Source of the DNA: Opitutales bacterium | GTDB taxonomy: Bacteria; Verrucomicrobiota; Verrucomicrobiia; Opitutales; UBA953 | Assembly (NCBI GenBank): GCA_040398005.1 | Contig: JBBAUX010000006.1 | Coordinates: forward strand, 19,359-53,269 | Reading direction: 5' to 3' | DNA: 33,911 nucleotides | Notes under the pieces: generated by a model | Databases searched by the model: none | Told to the model about the DNA's origin: nothing | The model's input: only the letters and a program-made list of their open reading frames with translations | Program-made: the position numbers and the translations under genes | Shown here: piece after piece, positions 27,444 to 33,911 of the stretch | How the letters are laid out: every line of letters starts with the position of its first letter | How positions within the stretch are numbered: the first letter of the stretch is position 1

Positions 27444-28898
27444 TCACTCACCCTTCTTCACTCCCCCATCCTTTTTAGTCGCCTTGCCTGGCGTTACGAT
27501 GACGGGGTGTATTTTTTTACTCAGGGCCTTTAATTCGCTCATTATCGAAGCAAACGCCTGGTCCTTCGCCAAATTCTTTAGTTCCTGTGGATCATTCTCG
27601 TGATCATAGAGTTCCACACCCTTCTCTCCATTTTGCCACTCGGTAAATCTCCAACGTTCAGTTCTCACACTGTAACCCTGTACCTTATCTTTACCCTTCG
27701 TCACTGTTTGCGTATAGGCCGCTCGACTCCAGGGCGCATCAGCGTTCGCTAATAACGGACGCAAACTGACACCCTCTAGTCCATCAGGTGCCTTCACACC
27801 TGCCAAATCAGTCAAGGTGGGATAAATATCCACCAACTCAATGGTGCGCTTAGAGGCCTTGCCATTGGCTGCCGCTTTGGGTGCCACAATAATCATTGGC
27901 ACCCTCGCCGCTTCCTCAAAACAGGTCTGCTTCATCCACAATCCGTGCTCACCTAAATGATAACCATGATCACTAATAAAAACGATAATCGTATTGTCCG
28001 CTAAACCTAATCGATCTAACGCATCAACCACTCGACCAATCTGCGAATCTACATAAGAAATAGTCGCATGATAAGCGCGGCGACATTCCCGTGCCTGCTC
28101 TGCCGTTACTCCGTGATATGGCCAATTTACACCCGTATCATAAACGGCCGCTGGCACTGTCGATTTCCAATCATCGGCAATCGGCGGCAGAACCTCATCT
28201 TCCACTTTATACATATCAAACCATTTCTTGGGAGCTACCCAGGGACAATGGGGTTTATAAAATCCGACCGCTAAAAAGAACGGTTTATCTTTATTCGCGT
28301 CCAGCAACTTAATCGCCTCAGTCGCTACCTTACCATCGGTGTGCTCTTCATCTTTGCCTGTGCGATCTGCCAGAAGTGACATCGATGAACCCAGCGCAGT
28401 TGTGGGCGGATAAATCAGAATATCGTTTTCTAAAGCCGTCTTATCGCGACCCGCTGGATTCACGACCTGATTCCATGACGCTGGATCGTCCGCACCACTA
28501 GTGCCAATATCTCCAGGATTTCCATAGTGATAAATTTTTCCAACCCGTGCCGCAAAATAACCCGCCTTCATAAATGCCTGTGGCATCGTCACCACGTCCG
28601 GCATGCCTTGACGAAAATGATAAGCTAGATCCATGACCTTCGTGGTATCCGGACGTAACCCTGTCATAAACGAGGCCCGACTCGGGGCACACCAAGGAAA
28701 CTGACAATAAGCCCGATCAAATTTCACCCCGCGCGACGCTAGCTTATCTAAATTCGGTGACTTCACAAACGGATGACCATACGCACCCAAATCATTATTC
28801 ATATCATCCGATACAATAAATAAGACATTCATCTTTTTGTCCGACTCCACTGCCCACCCCAAAGTCGCCATTAAAAATAAAGCTAACAGAGTTCGCAT
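27444..28898 (-). CDS. Secreted formylglycine-dependent (S1) sulfatase, iduronate/choline-sulfatase-like
   Basis: Signal peptide; NVLFIVSDD, CAPSRAS (CxPxR), GKIYH, KPH and SDHGYHLGEH motifs. Confidence 0.93.
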   Translation of the reverse strand: MRTLLALFLMATLGWAVESDKKMNVLFIVSDDMNNDLGAYGHPFVKSPNLDKLASRGVKFDRAYCQFPWCAPSRASFMTGLRPDTTKVMDLAYHFRQGMPDVVTMPQAFMKAGYFAARVGKIYHYGNPGDIGTSGADDPASWNQVVNPAGRDKTALENDILIYPPTTALGSSMSLLADRTGKDEEHTDGKVATEAIKLLDANKDKPFFLAVGFYKPHCPWVAPKKWFDMYKVEDEVLPPIADDWKSTVPAAVYDTGVNWPYHGVTAEQARECRRAYHATISYVDSQIGRVVDALDRLGLADNTIIVFISDHGYHLGEHGLWMKQTCFEEAARVPMIIVAPKAAANGKASKRTIELVDIYPTLTDLAGVKAPDGLEGVSLRPLLANADAPWSRAAYTQTVTKGKDKVQGYSVRTERWRFTEWQNGEKGVELYDHENDPQELKNLAKDQAFASIMSELKALSKKIHPVIVTPGKATKKDGGVKKGE

Positions 28899-28940
28899 AC
28901 ATTTTATCTACCACATTCTTTTCTTTTCAACCAGCCTCTA

Positions 28941-30176
28941 TTAAAACCCTCCGATCAAATACTCCACTTTGTATATAGTAGATAAATCATCATATTTTGC
29001 AGCCACCGAAACATACTCAGGCTTCTTAAATAGTATCGAAGCCATACGCATCTCTGGTAAGATTTCAGGGACTTCAGCCTTCTTCGGTACAATCTGTTTA
29101 AACGGCCAAGGCTTACGAGGCACATCAAGATAAGGTAGTAAGTAATCGAGAGCGATTGCGATGCATCGTCCATCCTTGGTTTTATAATTCCATAAGTCGA
29201 CTCCGACGTACTCACCCATAATCGCCAAACTCGTGAGCGCCTTCAAATTAAACTGCGAGTAACTCAGACTATTCGTACGCGCTAACTCCAATGGTTGCTT
29301 TCCGTCGGGCTCAATCTGCAAAGCGATACGTTTCTCTTTCGCCCGTTCTAAAAATTCTTTAGCCACGTCCGTCTGACCCACATGCAGTGCCCATCTCACG
29401 ATTTGTGCATCGTAGTGTGATCCGTGGTTATTCTTAGACTCCCCTTCTGCTTTTCCTAATTCACCTTTCAGCATCCACTCAAAAAAATCTTTAAACCAAA
29501 CCTCTGCAGCTTCGCGTTCGCCAGCCTTCCAGGCTTTGGAATTCACGAACAGAGCCGTTGCATCCGCCGCCATAGAAATATGTCGCCCGTCCATCATTCC
29601 CGTGAACCGACCGGTCGATTCCCCTCTTACGCCCTGCGAAAATTTCATGTGCGGATTCATTTTAGTTTTTTCGTCCACAAACCACACCCGAATCTGTTCC
29701 ACCGCTTTAGCCCCATATTTTTCATCACCGGTGAAATAGTAAGCTAGTCCAAGAGTCTTCATGCGACGTGCCAGAGCCAATACCCGCGTGTCATCCGCAA
29801 AATCTGTATTCTTACTATCAGGATTCACTTCGCCATCTTTGCGAATATAAGGCAGTCCATCAGTGGTTTTCGGATTCGGCCAATAGTACGGTGCTAAGCT
29901 GACGTAATCATGAAGATCGCCACTCGGTCCAGCAATTTTCTTATCCGTAACCGTCAGCACCTTATCATCTAAAGTTTTATCCGCTTCCTTCACTAAGCTT
30001 TTTAAGACCGCCAGAGCTTCCTTGTCACCTTGGGCAATCAACGCCTTCGTCTTCTCTAAGGCGCCTGGACGATAACCATAATAAGTCGATGTCATTGCTA
30101 CAGGCGATGCCGCGGGTGACGCAACCTCAGCAGCCACAAGCCCCACCGATAGCCATAAGATTGATAAAAATTTCAT
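28941..30176 (-). CDS. Secreted alginate-lyase-fold polysaccharide lyase (PL38-like)
   Basis: Signal peptide; SGDLHDYVSLAPYYWPNP...DGLPYIRKDG, MNPH, NNHG and QIEPDGKQPLELART motifs. Confidence 0.85.
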   Translation of the reverse strand: MKFLSILWLSVGLVAAEVASPAASPVAMTSTYYGYRPGALEKTKALIAQGDKEALAVLKSLVKEADKTLDDKVLTVTDKKIAGPSGDLHDYVSLAPYYWPNPKTTDGLPYIRKDGEVNPDSKNTDFADDTRVLALARRMKTLGLAYYFTGDEKYGAKAVEQIRVWFVDEKTKMNPHMKFSQGVRGESTGRFTGMMDGRHISMAADATALFVNSKAWKAGEREAAEVWFKDFFEWMLKGELGKAEGESKNNHGSHYDAQIVRWALHVGQTDVAKEFLERAKEKRIALQIEPDGKQPLELARTNSLSYSQFNLKALTSLAIMGEYVGVDLWNYKTKDGRCIAIALDYLLPYLDVPRKPWPFKQIVPKKAEVPEILPEMRMASILFKKPEYVSVAAKYDDLSTIYKVEYLIGGF

Positions 30177-30226
30177 AAGAATAGTTATACACTATAACAA
30201 CCGACCTAAGTAAATGTTCCTCTTTA

Positions 30227-31558
30227 CTAATTTTTCTTCCTTGGACCACCACCTTGCCCGCCTGATCCAGTTCCCGTGCCCGACCCCGGACCGGCCTTGG
30301 GCTTTTCAACCTCAGGTAGCCCCGCAGTTAATTCATCTATCTTAACCGAAAGCTTCGTAACAATATCCAACTGCTTCGCTACCAAATTATTTTTTTCAGA
30401 AAGATCATCCTTCAAATTATAGAGTGACTTCTTTCCATCCGAAAACTTAATGAGCTTCCAATCTCCATCAATCACAGCCGTATCACTCACTGAAATCACA
30501 AACGGATCTCGAACCTGAGCCTTACCCGACAACCATGACGGGAGTTGATTAACTCCATCTATTTTAACTTTCGCTGGCATCGCCGCACCTGCTGCTGCTA
30601 CTAAAGTCGGATATAAATCCTGCACACAAATGGGCTGCACTAATCCAGATCCAGCACCCATCCTTCCAGACCAACGCACCAAAGCAGGTGTATGAATTCC
30701 TCCTTCGTACACACTCCCTTTACCTGAATTTAAAGGCGTATTATCGCCGCCTTCTCGCCCAGCCGCTCCATTGTCAGAGAAAAATACGACCAGCGTATTA
30801 TCTTTAATTTTTTCCGACTCCAAAACATTCAGCACGCGCCCAATCCCCTCATCCATCGCTTCAACCACAGCCGCATAAAGTCCCAGCTTCTCGCCTTTTG
30901 CTTTATGCTTCTGGACTAATTCAGCTGGCGCACTCAACGGATCATGCGGCGCATTCATGCAGAGTTGAATATAAAAGGGCTTGTTCTTATCGCGGGACTT
31001 TACCTGACGGACCACATCATCTGCTAATAAATAAGTCGAATAGCCATCCTCCTCCACCGGCTTACCATCTCGCTGCCAATCAGGCTGTCCATTCTTCGCA
31101 GTGTGTTTATAATAATCTACCGACGCCGAAACGAATCCGTAAAAATGCTCAAAGCCATTCCCCTGTGGCACCGTCGCTTTTCCCAAGTGCCATTTGCCAA
31201 CGAGTGATGTGCGATAGCCGGCTGATTTTAAAGTCCCCGCAATCGTCGATAGTCCCGCCGGAATCCCCGGATCATTTCCATTAAGCGCCGTGACAATCCC
31301 AAATCGGCGTGGCATCTGACCCGTCAAAAGCGCCGCACGGGTCGGACTACACACAGGATAAACATAAAATCTTTGTAGCTCGGTAGACTCCTTCGCTAGC
31401 TTGTCCAAATTCGGCGTCGGCATGGCCTTGTTGTGATAGCCCACGCCCGCCCAACCTAAATCATCCACTACAATAACTAAAATATTCGGACGACTCTCGG
31501 CTCCCTGCACTGTAACGCCCACCATCAACGCAAGAAAAAGTAGAGCAACGAATCGCAT
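30227..31558 (-). CDS. Secreted S1 arylsulfatase (arylsulfatase B-like)
   Basis: Signal peptide; PNILVIVVDDLG, CSPTRAALLTG, GKWHLG and SDNG motifs. Confidence 0.93.
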   Translation of the reverse strand: MRFVALLFLALMVGVTVQGAESRPNILVIVVDDLGWAGVGYHNKAMPTPNLDKLAKESTELQRFYVYPVCSPTRAALLTGQMPRRFGIVTALNGNDPGIPAGLSTIAGTLKSAGYRTSLVGKWHLGKATVPQGNGFEHFYGFVSASVDYYKHTAKNGQPDWQRDGKPVEEDGYSTYLLADDVVRQVKSRDKNKPFYIQLCMNAPHDPLSAPAELVQKHKAKGEKLGLYAAVVEAMDEGIGRVLNVLESEKIKDNTLVVFFSDNGAAGREGGDNTPLNSGKGSVYEGGIHTPALVRWSGRMGAGSGLVQPICVQDLYPTLVAAAGAAMPAKVKIDGVNQLPSWLSGKAQVRDPFVISVSDTAVIDGDWKLIKFSDGKKSLYNLKDDLSEKNNLVAKQLDIVTKLSVKIDELTAGLPEVEKPKAGPGSGTGTGSGGQGGGPRKKN

Positions 31559-31608
31559 TAATTAATCAACCCCACCAAAGCCCAGAAGTTCCAGACCAGT
31601 ATCTCAGT

Positions 31609-31877
31609 TAGGGGCGCGACTGAATTGCCTCTCGTGTTTTAGTTTCTCCCCTTGTCACCGTGTCCCCTTCTCGCCGTACTTCTGTTTGCAACTTGTATGG
31701 GTAGGGGCGCGACTGCGTCGCGTCCACGCATCGTTGTCTCTCCCCATGTCACCGTGTCCCCTCGCGTGCAACGCACGCGGCCCTTGTCCCCTCAGTGAGC
31801 TTCCATGGGTAGGGGCGCGACTGCGTCGCGTCCTTCACAACCCCTTGTCACCGTGTCACCTTGCCCACTTGTCCCCT
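31609..31877 (+). repeat. Composite intergenic repeat: GTAG-type REP-like palindromes alternating with TGTC(A/C)CC(G/T) octamers
   Basis: Identical 29-mers ATGGGTAGGGGCGCGACTGCGTCGCGTCC at 31697-31725 and 31805-31833, partial copy TAGGGGCGCGACTG at 31609-31622; octamers at 31653, 31661, 31747, 31755, 31785 and 31846-31877. Confidence 0.88.
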
Positions 31878-33070
31878 CAATTAGTCCACAACACCGGCTG
31901 GGTAATCGCGATATTACGGCGCACTTCTAAATCTGTCGGATCAGTCGGTAATTTCTTCCAAAGCTCAATGTACTTGGACTCATTGTAAGCCAGACCCGCA
32001 AAGAGTAATGCAGGCTGACGCGATGGCCAACCATCCCACGCCATAACATCGGGCTTCTTCGGCCAAGTAGATTTGTCCGCCAAATAAGGATACAACCAAG
32101 CGACGGCTTTCTTAATGCTGCGACCTTCTGGTCCTTCGTAATTCCAAAGATTTTCTTCAGGCGTCGATAATACCTTACACAAAGCCACCATATTATCTAA
32201 TTGGAAAATAGAATACGCATAAGGCTTAGTCCGCGCGGTTTCACGAGGGAAACTTCCATCAGCAGCCATCTGCACATTAATAAATACATCCTTAAAACGC
32301 GTGCGACACTTCGCCAACGTTTCTTTTTCATTATTGAAATCCGCAAACACCGCTACCTGTAAAAAGTAAGCTACCGCGTGATTGTTTACCGACTCGCCTT
32401 CATCGATTCCATTCTTGTGCGTCAACATCCAGTGATTCAACTCTGCAAACCAAACATGGAGTGATTTCGCTAACTCAGGATTAAAGGCTTTCGACTTCTC
32501 TAAGGTCTTAATAGCCACGGGAATCTCCACTAAATGGAGTCCGTCAATCACACCGGTCTTTGAACCTGTGGTGCGACCAGGAATCGCCTGAGTAAACGCT
32601 AAGTGCGGATTCATCCGCGTCTTCGCATCAATGAAAAACACCTTCAATAATTCCGCCGCCTTCACGACATACTTATCGTCACTCGTCACCTTGTACGCCG
32701 CAGCTAATGCTGCTACTGCATCCTTAGTGGTACGCATCGCCATCCGGTGCGCCACGAAATTATCAGGATTAGTTTGTCCATCACGCTGCATGTAAGGAAC
32801 ACCATCGGGCTTAGCAGGATCTGGCCACCAGTAGTCACCATTCGAATAAAAATCATTCGGTCCACCAGTCGTGTACTTCGCCACATCCGAGGTAATCGTT
32901 AATGGTTTCTGACTTAACGCCGCATCAGCTAATTTTAAAATACGTGCACGGTCATGCTCACCGACATTAATCTCTACCTTGCTCGCAACTGTCGTGCTCT
33001 GTGCACTACAGGCCACTAAGCCTGATAGTGTAATTAAAAAGACTGAACTAATTTCATGCAGAAACTTCAT
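31877..33070 (-). CDS. Alginate-lyase-fold polysaccharide lyase, possible lipoprotein
   Basis: Likely start ATG 33070 (MKFLHE...LVAC lipobox); DFYSNGDYWWPDP...PYMQRDG, MNPHL, NNHA and QMAADGSFPRETARTKPY motifs. Confidence 0.85.
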   Translation of the reverse strand: MKFLHEISSVFLITLSGLVACSAQSTTVASKVEINVGEHDRARILKLADAALSQKPLTITSDVAKYTTGGPNDFYSNGDYWWPDPAKPDGVPYMQRDGQTNPDNFVAHRMAMRTTKDAVAALAAAYKVTSDDKYVVKAAELLKVFFIDAKTRMNPHLAFTQAIPGRTTGSKTGVIDGLHLVEIPVAIKTLEKSKAFNPELAKSLHVWFAELNHWMLTHKNGIDEGESVNNHAVAYFLQVAVFADFNNEKETLAKCRTRFKDVFINVQMAADGSFPRETARTKPYAYSIFQLDNMVALCKVLSTPEENLWNYEGPEGRSIKKAVAWLYPYLADKSTWPKKPDVMAWDGWPSRQPALLFAGLAYNESKYIELWKKLPTDPTDLEVRRNIAITQPVLWTN

Positions 33071-33074
33071 AGAA

Positions 33075-33911
33075 TTATTTCTTGAGAGTGAGGTATTGGG
33101 TTTCGAGATCAGCACCCGACAAACTAAAGATCGCTTGGGTTCCCAATAATCGTGCCTTAATGATGGCTCGTCCGTTGTAGAGTTGAACCGCACGTGACCC
33201 CGTCGATGTACCTAAATTATCAATGAGTTGAGCGTCGCCCAACTTATCAAAGCGCACGAGTACTGGAGAATCTAGACAAGGCACACCGTTCACATCGAAA
33301 ATCTTCGCCTGCAACGTCACCACGCCATCCTTCCGCTCCAACTCAGTGAGAGCTAACTTCGCCGGCTTGCCCCACGCCGCACTTTGATAGCCGACTTTAA
33401 TTTCATCTGAAATTTTTTCCTTCACAGCCACCGCTTTAAGCTGATTGGGTCCTTCGTTTAATACCACGTCCCAACGTAAGCCAGCCGCCGGAAAATCTTG
33501 GCTGTTACGTTTCTTAACTCCCATGGATTTTCCATTCACCATCAATTCAACCTCGGAACAGTTGGAATAAACCCGAATCTGTTTAGCCTCTCCTGGTTTA
33601 CCTGAACGTGTCTGCCATTCGTGACCAAATAAACGAATCATCGGTTTATCCGACCAGAAACTCTGGAAAATATAATAGGACTCCTTGGGCGTTCCATCGC
33701 GCTCGATTAAACCTTTTTGATTCATACGGGGAACCGGATTCTCTGGACGTAATGGCGTAGCAAAATCCTTGAAGATCCACTGCGCACTTCCCGTTAACCA
33801 AGGCATGTTCTCTTGTTCTTTTAAATGCCAATCAAAGAGATTAGCCATGTAGCTCTCCGACCAATCGCCGTCTTTCGACATTCGAACTTTGCCGCCTGAG
33901 CTGCTCTTATA
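33075..33911 (-). CDS. Glycoside hydrolase family 2 (C-terminal part; N-terminus lies beyond the window)
   Basis: Frame is open to the window end; WLTGSAQWIFKDF, NQKGLIERDGTPKESYY and VYSNCSEVELMVNG (end of the TIM barrel plus Ig-like domains). Confidence 0.85.
   Translation of the reverse strand, partial: YKSSSGGKVRMSKDGDWSESYMANLFDWHLKEQENMPWLTGSAQWIFKDFATPLRPENPVPRMNQKGLIERDGTPKESYYIFQSFWSDKPMIRLFGHEWQTRSGKPGEAKQIRVYSNCSEVELMVNGKSMGVKKRNSQDFPAAGLRWDVVLNEGPNQLKAVAVKEKISDEIKVGYQSAAWGKPAKLALTELERKDGVVTLQAKIFDVNGVPCLDSPVLVRFDKLGDAQLIDNLGTSTGSRAVQLYNGRAIIKARLLGTQAIFSLSGADLETQYLTLKK

Noticed and set aside
162..31284. Numerous 60-145 aa ORFs antisense to or nested in the long genes
   Set aside because: Shadow ORFs with no motifs, fully overlapping well-supported CDSs.
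31697..31833. Two identical 29-bp palindromic repeats as a mini CRISPR array
   Set aside because: Only two full copies, the 79-bp 'spacer' is itself repetitive, there are no cas genes, and GTAG + hairpin fits REP elements better.
31686..31988. 100-aa plus-strand ORF
   Set aside because: It is a translation of the repeat region, antisense to the lyase 3' end, with a TTG start and no protein-like features.
33071..33193. N-terminal extension of the lyase overlapping GH2
   Set aside because: The signal peptide starts at ATG 33070, 4 bp after the GH2 stop.

Overview
Bacterial chromosomal window. Gene content and protein style suggest Verrucomicrobiota/Opitutia (inference only). 1-9 kb: an ArnT-like GT39 gene, then a minus-strand run of ECF sigma, anti-sigma, ptsI, hisC, hisB, hisH, gltA and a GT2. 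9.1-16.5 kb: the most interesting element, a tightly packed four-gene operon encoding (i) a Zn-ribbon + TRAFAC-class P-loop GTPase with FHA-like/GYF-like N-terminal segments, (ii) a GAP1-N2-like protein with one TM helix and an unrecognised ~410-aa C-terminal domain, (iii) a 986-aa helical single-TM protein, and (iv) a GYF-like multi-TM protein. It resembles the computationally predicted GTPase/GAP1 conflict systems but looks like a membrane-spanning version. 16.5-26 kb: tRNA-Met(CAT) and housekeeping genes (rsfS, nadD, lpxI, panB, gpsA, SET-domain protein, TPR protein, long purA, mgtE). 26-33.9 kb: a GYF-domain orphan and a cluster for degrading sulfated/uronic polysaccharides (2 sulfatases, 2 alginate-lyase-fold proteins, GH2), interrupted by a REP-like composite repeat. 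Several genes have a promoter geometry that suggests leaderless transcripts. All family calls come from visual motif recognition; no searches were run.
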